Made by a program: the position numbers and the translations under genes
NCBI GenBank assembly: GCA_965222075.1
Contig: OZ244937.1
Location: forward strand, 1,568,001 to 1,632,000
DNA: 64,000 nucleotides
Reading direction: 5' to 3'
From: Candidatus Latescibacterota bacterium
GTDB taxonomy: Bacteria; Latescibacterota; UBA2968; GCA-2709665
Notes under the pieces: generated by a model
The model's input: only the letters and a program-made list of their open reading frames with translations
Databases searched by the model: none
Told to the model about the DNA's origin: nothing
Part shown: positions 50,036-60,401 of the stretch, one piece after another
Layout: every line of letters begins with the position of its first letter
Numbering within the stretch: position 1 is the stretch's first letter

Positions 50036-53000
50036 TCACACGCCCAACACCGAAAGCGTCCCATCCGCCCCCCCCAGCATCAGATGCCCCCGGCCGTCGG
50101 CAGCCAGGGCGTGAACCGCGCCCTGTGCCCGGTGGCTGGCGACCAGCGCGCCCTCCCCGTCCAGAACCCACACGGTCCCACCCTCACACCCCGCGGCGAT
50201 CTTCGCATCCCCGTTCAAGTCACCGACCACCACCTGTTCCACGGGCGCCCTCAGGTTGCGCCGCCACCGCTCCGTACCGTTCTCATCCAGCAAATAGAGA
50301 TAGAAACAGTCCGACCCGACCACAACCTCCGGCCTGCTATCCCCATCCACGTCCACCACACAGACCGCGTTTACCTCCTCTCCCACCCGCTGCTTCCAGA
50401 GCGTCTCCAATCGATCGCCTTCCACCTTCAGCGCAAAGATATTCGACCGATTCGTGCCGCATACAATCAGGTGATCCGCCTCCTGTACCCACACGTCGCA
50501 CGCAGGCATCATCGACGCCCACCCATCCAGCCCGTTGCTTGCAGCCTGGCTGCCGTCGGCGTCCAGCACATAACAGGTCCCCCCGCAGGTGATCCGGCCC
50601 GGACCGCCGATCACCTCCTGCTTCCCATCCCCGTTGATATCCGCCACACGAAGCGGCGCAAAAATCCCGTAAATCATAAAAGACCACCGCTCGTTTCCAC
50701 CCTCGTCAAAACAGTGGAGCTTCCGGTCCGAGACCGCCGCTAAAATATCCATCCGGCCGTCTCCACGCAGGTCCGCCGCCGTTACGAACTCCACCGCGGA
50801 ATTCCGGGCGTATCGGTCCCACGTCCCTCTGTAAATCTCAAAAGCGCGTGACCACCGCACCGCGCCGCCTTCCTCCAGCAGATAGAGGCGCCGGTCGTCC
50901 GCGCCCACAATCACCGAGGGCCGGCCGTCCAGGTCCACCGCGCACACCGAAAGCACGCTCCCTTCCGCCTGGAAGGACCAGGCCGGCTTTCCGTTTTCGT
51001 CCAGAGCCACCACCCGTCCGTCCTCCGTACCCAGGACCACCCCATCCTCTCCGGCGGCAGCGCAGCGCACGCCCGAACCGGCATCGTAAGTCCAAACCCT
51101 GCGCAGCCTGGGAACAGACGCCGCCGACGCACGCTTCCGGGGGCCCGCCTCCCACGCCGGCAGGCCTGCAACCCCGTCCAGCGACAACACGCCCGCCCCG
51201 GCCTCCCGCGTCCGAACCTCCTGCCTTCCGGCCGCAACGCGCAACCGCTCCCCGCACAGCGTGATCTCACCAGGTTGCGATGCCACCACCACGCCCTCAC
51301 CCATCTCCGGATCAAACGCAATCGAAACAGGCTGCTCGCTTTCAAAAATCGCGCCTGCTGCGGACAGCGACGTCCCATTACACAGCGCAAACCACCCATC
51401 GCCGACCGCATAGACCTCGGCGCGGCCGGAAAGAGGTCCAACCTCAAACGCCGTGTTACCACCCCCGGTCCCCACCACCATCCGGCCTTCCGACCCCTCG
51501 ACCACCACGGCCGAATCACCCACTCGACGCATCCGGTCGTCCACGGGCTTCCGCTCGCTCGACGCATAGAACAGGTTGATAAACGTGTGCCGGTCTCCAA
51601 CCGCCATCTCCCGGTTCGCCGACTCGTGCAGAATATTCACATAATCATCCGCATAGGGATATGCGTCCCACCAGTGGCCGAAATTCTCCCAGTCCCGCTC
51701 CAGCGACAGCCGGCCTCCGCCCACACTCTGTAAAACAAACCGATCTTCCCGCCCGCTCTCCGGGTCTTGCTGCACGGCCTCCAGCGTCCCGTCCCTCAAG
51801 GTGGGAGTCCCCAATATGCGCCAGTGACACTGGAGGGCGAACGCGCCCGCCTTTGTCGCTTCCACCTCATCCACCACCACAAAACATCGCCCCTTACACC
51901 ACACCACATTCCGAACCCACAACGCACCCCAATCCCCTGCCACGGACGTCCGGCTTATGCCCACACGACCCAGATCCGCCACACCCTCCAACCGGCACAG
52001 CGCAGGTACTCTCCACGCCTCCCCATCCCGCACCGCCGTCACCCCATTGTGGTGCTTCAGCGTCGGCCCCTCCGTATACGACGCATCCACCAGGAAAATC
52101 CGGTCGTTCGCCGAAAACTCCGGGATCGTATTCCCGTCCTCGTGGCTGTGGTTGCCGTAGAAAATCCCGTGCAGCATCAGGTACTGGTCCTCCCGGTCGA
52201 ACCCCTCCCGGAAACAGACCGTATCGAACGCCTCTTCCCTTTGCAGGTTCAGCGGCTTCACCTCGCTCTTTCGCGCCTTCGGGTCTTCTGCGAAATCGTA
52301 GAACCCGCCAGCGACCTCCAGCGCCTGCACGCCGGTCATCTCCCTGGGCGTCTCGGGCGCCAGTCCGTCGTAGAAATACTTCTCAAAACTCCTCACCAAC
52401 AACGGATCGCTCACGGTCTCGTACCGCTCTCCCGACGGCTGGGGCCGAAAATAGTCCGAGGGTCTGTCGAACCGTTTGCGAAGCAGGAACTCCGCGCGCC
52501 CGTCCTGCAGCACATGCCCCGCCTTGACCAGGAAATGCGTCGGGTATCCATCCGTCGGAACGCCCGTATCTCCAAACGCCGGCAGTTCGCCCCGGTTGTT
52601 GCAGTAAAACACCGCCTGGTCCAAAGACCGTTTGCAGTTCCCGTTGTCGATATACGTCGTATCTCCGCTCGCCAGCGTGTAGGTCAACATGTGGTCCAGC
52701 GTCATCCACTGGTAAGCGTTGGCATCCTCGATCGGCTTGAACGACACCGCCTGCCCTTTGAACACATCCGCAGACGCAGCCATCCACTCCTTCCCTTCCT
52801 CAAAACCGTAGTGCGTTGAAAAATACCGCCCCCCGAACCACGCCGCCAGCGCCACCAGCGTCTGGTGGTTCTGCCGGATCATCCGGTGCCCCACACCCTG
52901 ACGGAAAAAACCGGTATACGCCCCCTCCTCGGAATCCATAATCCACAGCAGGTATTCCGTGATCTTCAGCCGATCCTCGTCCGAGAACACCGGGCTCTCC

Positions 53001-53773
53001 TCGATCAGGTCCCAGACCACCGCCAGCCACCAGACGTGAAAGTGCGCCATCACCCCGTACTCACCCATCCTCAGATGCGCCTCCGCGATTTCCCGAACGG
53101 CCGCTGCATACGCCTCGTGTCCGGTCCGGTGATACATCAACCCGTACGCGCCCGCCTCCGAAATCAGCTGATAGCCTGCGCCCGATTCGGAAGCGTGCGG
53201 CTCGGTCGCCCGCGCAATAAAGTCCTCCCGCCGCTCCTGCAACCATCCCTCCGGCGGGCAGCCGAAAGCGTCGAACTCGGAACCGGGCCGGATCTCCATC
53301 AACCACCCGAAGCTGAGCGTCTTTCTATCGGGCACAAGCGCCACAAAACGCGACACCACCCGCTCCAGCCCGGCTTCGTCGCTGGCCCCAAGCAGAACCA
53401 CGTTCTTCCCGTTCCCCAAAGGATTGTGCAACGTCCGCAGCGCGTACCCGCCCCTGCCGGGATAACAGCGGTCTTCCACCGCCCACCACTGGTAATACAG
53501 CCACCGCACAAAGGCGTTGTCAGCCATGTTCCCCAGCGCCACCACGTGCCCCTCCAGCAGCGTTCCGGCCGCCGTCTCCCCGGCCCGGACCACCTCCAGC
53601 CGCACCCCCGTCGCCGCCTCGACCCGCTCGACGATCCACCCTGCCAGCCGCTCGTGCGCCCCATCCCCGCCGATGACGATCTTGCCTTGAGGCTCACCGT
53701 TGACCACCAGTGCCGTCTCCAAACACATGTCTTTCAACACATCCACGTTCAGACCCACCGATCCGTTCACCAC
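50036..53773 (-). CDS. Heparinase II/III-like + FG-GAP/PQQ beta-propeller protein, paralog 5 (close to paralog 2)
   Basis: GTG after GAGGAGG; long stretches identical to 15091-18786, e.g. EEAFDTVCFREGFDREDQYLMLHGI. Confidence 0.85.
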   Translation of the reverse strand: MVNGSVGLNVDVLKDMCLETALVVNGEPQGKIVIGGDGAHERLAGWIVERVEAATGVRLEVVRAGETAAGTLLEGHVVALGNMADNAFVRWLYYQWWAVEDRCYPGRGGYALRTLHNPLGNGKNVVLLGASDEAGLERVVSRFVALVPDRKTLSFGWLMEIRPGSEFDAFGCPPEGWLQERREDFIARATEPHASESGAGYQLISEAGAYGLMYHRTGHEAYAAAVREIAEAHLRMGEYGVMAHFHVWWLAVVWDLIEESPVFSDEDRLKITEYLLWIMDSEEGAYTGFFRQGVGHRMIRQNHQTLVALAAWFGGRYFSTHYGFEEGKEWMAASADVFKGQAVSFKPIEDANAYQWMTLDHMLTYTLASGDTTYIDNGNCKRSLDQAVFYCNNRGELPAFGDTGVPTDGYPTHFLVKAGHVLQDGRAEFLLRKRFDRPSDYFRPQPSGERYETVSDPLLVRSFEKYFYDGLAPETPREMTGVQALEVAGGFYDFAEDPKARKSEVKPLNLQREEAFDTVCFREGFDREDQYLMLHGIFYGNHSHEDGNTIPEFSANDRIFLVDASYTEGPTLKHHNGVTAVRDGEAWRVPALCRLEGVADLGRVGISRTSVAGDWGALWVRNVVWCKGRCFVVVDEVEATKAGAFALQCHWRILGTPTLRDGTLEAVQQDPESGREDRFVLQSVGGGRLSLERDWENFGHWWDAYPYADDYVNILHESANREMAVGDRHTFINLFYASSERKPVDDRMRRVGDSAVVVEGSEGRMVVGTGGGNTAFEVGPLSGRAEVYAVGDGWFALCNGTSLSAAGAIFESEQPVSIAFDPEMGEGVVVASQPGEITLCGERLRVAAGRQEVRTREAGAGVLSLDGVAGLPAWEAGPRKRASAASVPRLRRVWTYDAGSGVRCAAAGEDGVVLGTEDGRVVALDENGKPAWSFQAEGSVLSVCAVDLDGRPSVIVGADDRRLYLLEEGGAVRWSRAFEIYRGTWDRYARNSAVEFVTAADLRGDGRMDILAAVSDRKLHCFDEGGNERWSFMIYGIFAPLRVADINGDGKQEVIGGPGRITCGGTCYVLDADGSQAASNGLDGWASMMPACDVWVQEADHLIVCGTNRSNIFALKVEGDRLETLWKQRVGEEVNAVCVVDVDGDSRPEVVVGSDCFYLYLLDENGTERWRRNLRAPVEQVVVGDLNGDAKIAAGCEGGTVWVLDGEGALVASHRAQGAVHALAADGRGHLMLGGADGTLSVLGV

Positions 53774-53798
53774 GGCCACCTCCTCTTTAAGACAGCCT

Positions 53799-55172
53799 CT
53801 AAAGATCGCTCCGCCAATACGGATTATACACCTCTCCGGGATACGTCGAATGCACCAGCTCGTAGATCCCCCCTCCCCAGCGGTCCCGAAAGATAAACGT
53901 ATACTCTCCCTTCTTCTGGTAGAGCCAGACTTCATACGGTTTCTGACCGGCGGCAGACGTATGGTAATCGATATCGTCCGGCGGTCCATATTTGATATAG
54001 ACCCGTCCCTTATCCGTATCGGACCCCTGCTGGCGACGCCTCGCTACGAAACGGTTCTCCGCATGGCTCATCCGGAGCATGTGTTCCAGGAGGCGCTCGT
54101 TGGTCGGCGTGCCCGGTGTAGGATCGATGTTTTTCCAGAAGTGCCTCAAAAACTTCACCTTCGACGGCCAGTCCTGCAGGTCTTTGTAGGCCTTGAACAC
54201 CTTCTCCTCGGCAATATACCTGATATCCGTGTAGTATCGCAGCAGGTCTCTTTGAACCTGTGAGAACGGCTCTGTCTGTTCCCGGAAAGCCAGGAACAGG
54301 GACCGCCGCGTACGGACGTACTCCCGGCTGCCGCCGTCGAAGGCCTCAATCTGGAAGTGGTAACGCCCCTCCGGCAGTCCTTCGGTCTCTAAGATATCCG
54401 TCTTGACGCAGCTCTCGCCGGGTTTCAGAACACGCTTGGCAATAAACGTCTTCGCCTTCCGGCCGGTTGAATCCACCAGGCTGTACCCCAGGATAAAGCT
54501 GTCTTCGGAACGTTCGGGTTCTACGGTGAAATTGTAGAGTTCAAAATAGATCGACAGCGGTTTCCCGGAAAGAAAGTGTCGGGTGATATTGGGCGTCACC
54601 TTCCAACCCTGCTTGACAAACCGGTCCACCTCTCCACTGCGCGCCACCCTCGAGGCAAACTGGATATCGCTGAATATCAGTCCCTTTTTTTCAAAATCGC
54701 GCGCCTCTATCACCGTCTCGCACGTTCCTGTTTTGCCGCTGCCGGTATCCTTGATCGTAACGGTCGTCCGATAGCTGCCCGGCAGCAGATCGAATCCGAC
54801 CACATCCCTGTACGGGGCGCTGACCCGCGTCAGAATATCCAGACTGTCGACCGAAACGCGGCGGGTCAGCGTCCAATCTTCAACGGGCGATCCACCCATA
54901 TCGGTCAGATTGACCGTCAGTTCCATCTTCCCCACAGGCGCTTTGTCCCTGGAAGCAAACCAGAGCTGCTGCGCGTCGGTCAGAATGTAGATCTCATACC
55001 GGGTGCGCCCTTCGGGTCCGCGGAACCCGGCGGAATCGATGAAAAATTGCAGCTCACCCTTGCTCGCGATGGGCATGTCGTCGGCCTCCTGGCCAAACCC
55101 CGGCTGCGCCCACACAGACCCCCAGGCAGCCGCCAGGATGATCCAGAAGAGAGACCTTGAGGACGTTATCAT
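53799..55172 (-). CDS. GWxTD domain-containing secreted protein (motif reads GSDTD)
   Basis: Signal peptide; FWKNIDPTPGTPTNE, TDKGRVYIKYGPPD, PYEVWLY. Confidence 0.85.
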   Translation of the reverse strand: MITSSRSLFWIILAAAWGSVWAQPGFGQEADDMPIASKGELQFFIDSAGFRGPEGRTRYEIYILTDAQQLWFASRDKAPVGKMELTVNLTDMGGSPVEDWTLTRRVSVDSLDILTRVSAPYRDVVGFDLLPGSYRTTVTIKDTGSGKTGTCETVIEARDFEKKGLIFSDIQFASRVARSGEVDRFVKQGWKVTPNITRHFLSGKPLSIYFELYNFTVEPERSEDSFILGYSLVDSTGRKAKTFIAKRVLKPGESCVKTDILETEGLPEGRYHFQIEAFDGGSREYVRTRRSLFLAFREQTEPFSQVQRDLLRYYTDIRYIAEEKVFKAYKDLQDWPSKVKFLRHFWKNIDPTPGTPTNERLLEHMLRMSHAENRFVARRRQQGSDTDKGRVYIKYGPPDDIDYHTSAAGQKPYEVWLYQKKGEYTFIFRDRWGGGIYELVHSTYPGEVYNPYWRSDL

Positions 55173-55244
55173 ATCTCACCACCTCCTGTCGCTATAGCTG
55201 GCGTCGGCATTGCCCCGGAAGTACACGAGTTGCTCGTCTTCAAA

Positions 55245-55366
55245 GCTATGCTCAATCGCCCCCAGTGAATTGTGGGAACGCATAATCTGAGAGGCGTCCG
55301 AGAGCGCTATGCTCAATCGCCCCCAGTGAATTGTGGGAACGCATAATCTGAGAGGCGTCCGAGAGC
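55245..55366. repeat. Perfect tandem duplication, 2 x 61 bp
   Basis: gctatgctcaatcgcc...gtccgagagc repeated at 55245-55305 and 55306-55366. Confidence 0.9.
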
Positions 55367-56411
55367 GTGACGCAGTTGTGCGACCTGGTGTGCCAGACCC
55401 AGTGGACGTGGTGATCGGAGCCGTAGCCGACGTAATAACCGCTTGGCATCGCCATAACCTTACCGCCCGCATGGAGGATAAAATCGTTGTTATTTGCGTG
55501 GGAATGGCTGACTGCGCCCAGCGGGGAAGAGCGGAAAATCAGGGCAATATCGCGTGCGGGATCGCCCAGGTGGGTCCGCACGGCGGCCCACCCCGCAGCC
55601 GGAAAAACGCGCAAGATCGGATCTTTCCCATTCGGCCCGGAGCTTTTCTTTGCAGGCAGAGCAAGGTAGAGCTGAGATGAAGCGCCCGGCATTTTTCGCT
55701 GCGCCGGCGTTTCCAACCGGGCGGCTTCCTCACGGAGCGCGTCTACATAGTGCGCAAATTCACCCGTCTCCGACTCCCGCCCGATCAGGTCCACAAGATC
55801 TGCGTTGGACCGCCAGGTGCTGGCCCACCGCTCGGTGTGATCGCCAAACCCCATCCACTCGGCATAGGGCGGCAGGCAGTACTGTCGCCACTGGGCGTGG
55901 TTTTTCCAGAACGCCCGCCTGTACAGGTCCACGCCCGCGCCCTGATTCAACGCGGTGGCGAACATCGTCATAATTCCCACATAAGCCAGCCCGTAAGACG
56001 GCCCCTCCGCCCAGGCGCCGTCGTCCCCCGCCCAGATCGGCCATATCCCGCACAGAACCGGACGCAACCACTCCAGCCACGTTCCCGCTTCGGGAATCTC
56101 CTCGTGAAATACGAAGGCGATATGCGCCAGAAACACGATCTCCCGACCGGCGTGCGAATCGAACCGCGTCACCCCGTAAGATCCGCGGTTGTGCATATAG
56201 TCGTACGTGATCTGCCCCCGCCGCCTGAACTGTTCCACCACCACCTTGCGTTCTTCGTCCGTGAACCGGTCCCACACCCAGTCACACGCGTTCGACCCGT
56301 TCCAGATCACCGACATGTGCGCCTCGTCGTTGTGGGCCAGGTGGCTCGACCCTTCCGGGTCCCAGCGTGAAATGGAGGCCATGCGCCGGCACGCAGCCCG
56401 CGCATACGCCG

Positions 56412-56603
56412 TCTCAGGCAGGTAGAGAGAATCTTCAAGCCCGTCCACATTCAAGCAGACATCGGCAAATGCCGACTCGCTTGCCCGCGGCATCCCGCGC
56501 AACTCGGCCGATCCCGCGGACCACTTCCAGAAGTACCGCTCTCAGGCAGGTAGAGAGAATCTTCAAGCCCGTCCACATTCAAGCAGACATCGGCAAATGC
56601 CGA
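56412..56603. repeat. 64-bp direct repeat (56412-56475 and 56540-56603)
   Basis: tctcaggcaggtagagag...caaatgccga occurs twice, with a scrambled spacer. Confidence 0.88.
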
Positions 56604-56882
56604 ATCCCGCGCAACCTGAAGGCGAAAACCCGCTTCGCTGTCCACCGGTTTCCACGCAAAAACGGGTGGATTCGTCCCCGGCCTGGACGCGTGTCGCGGC
56701 TGCCGGGGGTCCACATGCGGATGAGGGTGTCTGTGTTCTTTCATAGGGTTCCCCTTCGTATAGGGCGACGGATGGTGTGCTCTCCCTCTTTTTTTGACCC
56801 CCAGGGGTCTGTGTACAAAATCGGCCGGTGAAAATTCACCGACCGACTTGCTGTGTATCCCCCCCGCACGAACGCCTGAGTC

Positions 56883-57360
56883 TCACTCGCCGTAGCGAAA
56901 ACGGATCTCGCCGGTCGCGGTCTGGCCGCTGACCTGGTCCTCAACCGTGACCTTCAGGAGTTGCACCCCGCGTTTGGCCGTGCTCAGATCGAGCTCGAAA
57001 TATTCCTGATAGTAGGCGTAGACCTTCTGCTGCTCCGTATAGGTCCGGCTGGGCATCGGCACAATCCAGGCATCGCCCTTTTTGAACCTGTCGCCGTACC
57101 CCATATCCTGTATGGACGAAGCAAGCTCAATATCGCTGAGCTGGAGCGCATCGGGTCCGAAGTCCCTGACCTCCAGGGCCTGCTTGTAAAGCCCGGTGTG
57201 CCCCGACAGCTCGTCGTTGAGCTGGATCTGGAGTTCATACTTGCCCGGAGGCAGCTCTTGATCAGCTCGGGCAGAAATGCGCCCTTGACCCTGTTGAAGT
57301 TATCAATATCCTGGTAGATAAACTCCTTGTTGTCCCGGTAGATCGTCGTGTGGTCTTCAT
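56883..57360 (-). pseudogene. Internally deleted GWxTD-family-like gene (start plus C-terminal domain only)
   Basis: RBS and ATG MKTT, then out of frame PGKYELQIQLND...LQLSDIELASSI...PMPSRTY, similar to 53799-55172. Confidence 0.65.
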
Positions 57361-57382
57361 CGAGACCTCCTCACGTTTGAAA

Positions 57383-57416
57383 CCTGCCTGCGCCGCTGCC
57401 GTTCCCGGCAGGCAGG
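57383..57416. mobile_element. 34-nt palindromic mini-insertion, intergenic
   Basis: cctgcctgcgccgctgccgttcccggcaggcagg; flanks AA^TC. Confidence 0.7.
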
Positions 57417-57451
57417 TCGGGTGTCTGCATCGGGCGAACACGGATACGCCC

Positions 57452-59212
57452 CTACTCCTGAGCCTTAAACGGCACGCTGTCCACGATCCCCTCCCCTTCC
57501 CGCACGGTCACCGTCTGGCCGGCCGCAACGCCTTTGAACCGCTCGACGCGGCCGCCGGGCCAGACCACCTCCACCTCGTCCGCCGCCGCCCGTTCGCCCA
57601 GCCCGAAGGTCGCCACCAGCTCGTTTTGCGAGCAGTAGCTCGACCCCGCCTTCAGAAACCGCGTCTGCAGGATCGAACCCGCCCGCAGCTTCACCTCCGT
57701 TCCGATCCCGCTCCGGTTGCTCTGCGTGCCCACAACCCGCACCCGGAGCGCGCGGTTGCGGTTTCCCCCCTCGTTGCGAAACAGCGCCGGACGACCGTTG
57801 TTGGTGGATACGAGAACATCCAGGTCTCCGTCTCCGTCATAGTCCGCATAGGCCGCGCCCCGCCCCACCAGGGGACGCCTCAGATCGCCGGCGGACTGCC
57901 CCACCTCTACGAAGCGGCCGTCTCCACGGTTGTGGAACAGCAGGGGACGCTGCGCATAGGTCATATGGGGCTTGACCCGCTGGATCTCGCTCTCCACGTG
58001 CCCGGTTGCCGCAAAAAGATCCAGGCGGCCGTCCAGGTCGTAGTCGAAAAAACAGACCCCGAACGTCACAAAAGGGGAACTCGGCCGCCCGACCCCGGAC
58101 GGCACGGTCCGGTCCGTAAAGGCGCCCTCTGCCTCGTTCCGAAACAGCGAGATCATCTCATAGGCGAAATTTCCAACCGCCAGGTCGGGCCGCCCGGTAT
58201 TGCGCGCATCCGCTGCATCCACGCCCATCCCGGACTTGGCCGTACCATCGGCGCCAAACGCCACCCCGGCCAGGATGCCCTCCTCCGTAAACGTCCCGTC
58301 TCCCTGGTTCCGGTACAGAAAGTCCGGCATGGTATCGTTGGACATCAGAATATCCGGCCACCCGTCCCTGTCGTAATCCAGGGCCACCGCCGACATCCCC
58401 TTGCCCGGCTTCCCATAAACCCCGGCCGCCTCCGAGACATCCGTAAACCGCGCGCCGTCGTTTCGGTAGAGGCGGGGATATTCGGCCTCATACAGCTGCG
58501 GCGCGTAGGGCCGGTGCCCCGTCTCCGCATCCAGCCAGGCGTCCCGCTCCGCCGTCCACTTCAGGTAATTGCCAACAAACAGGTCCAGGTCCCCGTCCCG
58601 GTCGTAATCCAGCCAGACCGCGCACACGCTCCAGGCGGCGTCTCCCACGCCCATCTCCCCGGTCACATCTGCAAACGTCCCATCCCCGCCGTTCCGGAAG
58701 AGGTGGTTGGGCCCCAGGCAGGCCAGGTAAACATCCTCATCGCCGTCGTTGTCAAAATCCCCCACAGCGCACCCCATCCCGTACATCTCCACCTGCAGCC
58801 CGGCCTGCCGGGTCACATCCGCAAACGTCCCGTCCCCACCGTTTCGGTAGAGGGCCATCGTGACCCGGCGGCCGGCCTTCTGCTCGGGCCACGCCATATT
58901 GTTGACCAGGAGGATATCCGGGTCTCCATCGCCATCGTAATCCAAAAAGCCGCAGCCCGATCCCATTGTCTCGGGCATGTATCCCCTGCCGAATCCCCCG
59001 TTGCTGTGCCGAAATTCGATCCCGGCCTGCCGGGTCACATCCGTAAACCTTACCCGGTCGCCGGATATTCGATCTTCCTGAGCGATGCCCTCCCCCAGAG
59101 CAACCAGGGCAGCGACGATCGTACACCCATAAATATACCAAATTCTGTTTTGAAGGGGAACGCAACTTTTCAATTTGCAATGGATCATTTGCAATTCCCC
59201 AACCTTCCACAC
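57452..59212 (-). CDS. CRTAC1 / ASPIC-UnbV family protein (FG-GAP repeats)
   Basis: FTDVT..AG, DYDGDGD, LFRN.GDGTF repeats; C-terminal SNRSGIG...SYCSQ...FGLG. Start uncertain. Confidence 0.9.
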   Translation of the reverse strand: MWKVGELQMIHCKLKSCVPLQNRIWYIYGCTIVAALVALGEGIAQEDRISGDRVRFTDVTRQAGIEFRHSNGGFGRGYMPETMGSGCGFLDYDGDGDPDILLVNNMAWPEQKAGRRVTMALYRNGGDGTFADVTRQAGLQVEMYGMGCAVGDFDNDGDEDVYLACLGPNHLFRNGGDGTFADVTGEMGVGDAAWSVCAVWLDYDRDGDLDLFVGNYLKWTAERDAWLDAETGHRPYAPQLYEAEYPRLYRNDGARFTDVSEAAGVYGKPGKGMSAVALDYDRDGWPDILMSNDTMPDFLYRNQGDGTFTEEGILAGVAFGADGTAKSGMGVDAADARNTGRPDLAVGNFAYEMISLFRNEAEGAFTDRTVPSGVGRPSSPFVTFGVCFFDYDLDGRLDLFAATGHVESEIQRVKPHMTYAQRPLLFHNRGDGRFVEVGQSAGDLRRPLVGRGAAYADYDGDGDLDVLVSTNNGRPALFRNEGGNRNRALRVRVVGTQSNRSGIGTEVKLRAGSILQTRFLKAGSSYCSQNELVATFGLGERAAADEVEVVWPGGRVERFKGVAAGQTVTVREGEGIVDSVPFKAQE

Positions 59213-59214
59213 CC

Positions 59215-60390
59215 CTACCGATTCGCCCCCTGCCCCACCAACCGGTCCAGCCGGGCCCTGGCTTCAGGAATCCAGCCCTTTTGAGCCGGATCACCCTCGG
59301 CCAGCTTCAGATACGCCTGCCAGTGGACAACCGCCCGGTTTGTATCTCCGATCCGTTCGTAGAGAATGGCCAGGTTGTAATGCGCATCCGCAAAGTCGGG
59401 CGCGATGCCCAGCACCTGCTCGTACTCGGCCCTCGCCGCTGCATAATCCCTCAGATTGAAGTAAGCGTTTGCCAACCCCGAGCGCCGCGTGGCGCGCTGA
59501 TGCCTGGCAACCCTTTGGGTGTATGCGCCCTGATGGGCATCCACCCCTGCCACAACAGAATCGGGAGGCGCGTCGTCCGGCTTCAGCCGAATCGCCTCCC
59601 GGTATGCAGGCGCGGCTTCCGCATATCTGCCCTGCCGGACGTAGACATTGCCCAGATTGTAGTGGGCCTCGGCAAGATCCGGCTTCAGCCGAATCGCCTC
59701 CTGCTGCTCCGCGACCGCCCTGGCGTAATTTCCGATGAGCATGTACACCAGCCCCAGGTTGGCGTGCGCCTCGGCAAAATCGGGCATCAACCGCACGGCC
59801 GAGCGGTACGCGGAAAGCGCTTCTTTCACCTTTTTCCGTTCCAGATACTGCGTGCCCCGCGCCACGTGCCTGGCAGCCGTCTGACAGTCTGAAACCACCC
59901 GTAGAAAAAGCGCCTTAAGCGACCCCGCTTCTGCGAAGGCGGGGCCGTGCCGGGCGGCCGCACGGTAGTTCGCCAGCGCCGCCGAATACCTCCGCCTGCG
60001 CGCGTCCATCAGGCCCATCAAATAGCGCGCAGCGGCAAAATCCGGCGCCTCGTCCAGTGCCTCCTGCAGGCGAGCCACAATCCGGCCAAGCGCCTCCTGG
60101 GTCAAAACAGCCCCCCCGGCCCCCTCTCCCCGGTTCTTCGCCAGCGCCGCCGCTGCCTCGGCATAGGGCCGGTAAGCCACAAAAGGGGGCGCCACGCCCA
60201 GCAGGTCCACCCCGCCCCCCAGGTCAACCCCCAGCGCTTCAGACAACCGCCGGGCCACGCTATCCTCCAGCGCAACCCCCTCCAACCGGCCCACTGCCAA
60301 AAGGTCCGGAGGGGCAATCCCGCCTATCAGCAGTACCCAGAACCACAGAACACCCCGCGCCAAAGCGGGAAAAAGGCGAAATTGCTCCAT
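59215..60390 (-). CDS. Tetratricopeptide repeat protein (possibly with internal deletions)
   Basis: Repeated PDFAEAHANLG / PDLAEAHYNLG units. Confidence 0.8.
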   Translation of the reverse strand: MEQFRLFPALARGVLWFWVLLIGGIAPPDLLAVGRLEGVALEDSVARRLSEALGVDLGGGVDLLGVAPPFVAYRPYAEAAAALAKNRGEGAGGAVLTQEALGRIVARLQEALDEAPDFAAARYLMGLMDARRRRYSAALANYRAAARHGPAFAEAGSLKALFLRVVSDCQTAARHVARGTQYLERKKVKEALSAYRSAVRLMPDFAEAHANLGLVYMLIGNYARAVAEQQEAIRLKPDLAEAHYNLGNVYVRQGRYAEAAPAYREAIRLKPDDAPPDSVVAGVDAHQGAYTQRVARHQRATRRSGLANAYFNLRDYAAARAEYEQVLGIAPDFADAHYNLAILYERIGDTNRAVVHWQAYLKLAEGDPAQKGWIPEARARLDRLVGQGANR

Positions 60391-60401
60391 GCTGTATTTT
60401 T

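Larger units (their letters stand above)
55176..56744 (-). pseudogene. DUF4962 + heparinase II/III-like gene disrupted by duplications and deletions
   Basis: NPPVFAW, DDGAWAEGPSY, SHSHANNNDF, HTRSHNCVT; homologous to 3426-5831; truncated 3' end. Confidence 0.8.

Noticed and set aside
15091-53773. Paralogs 2 and 5 as a diversity-generating retroelement template/variable pair or an assembly duplicate
   Set aside because: Differences run along the whole gene, include many synonymous changes and indels, and are not adenine-specific; no reverse transcriptase is present.
16651-59284. Long plus-strand ORFs (e.g. 16651-18768, 20107-22464, 25245-26759, 48072-50003, 57350-59284)
   Set aside because: Antisense shadows of GC-rich minus-strand genes; Pro/Arg/His-rich with no recognisable motifs.
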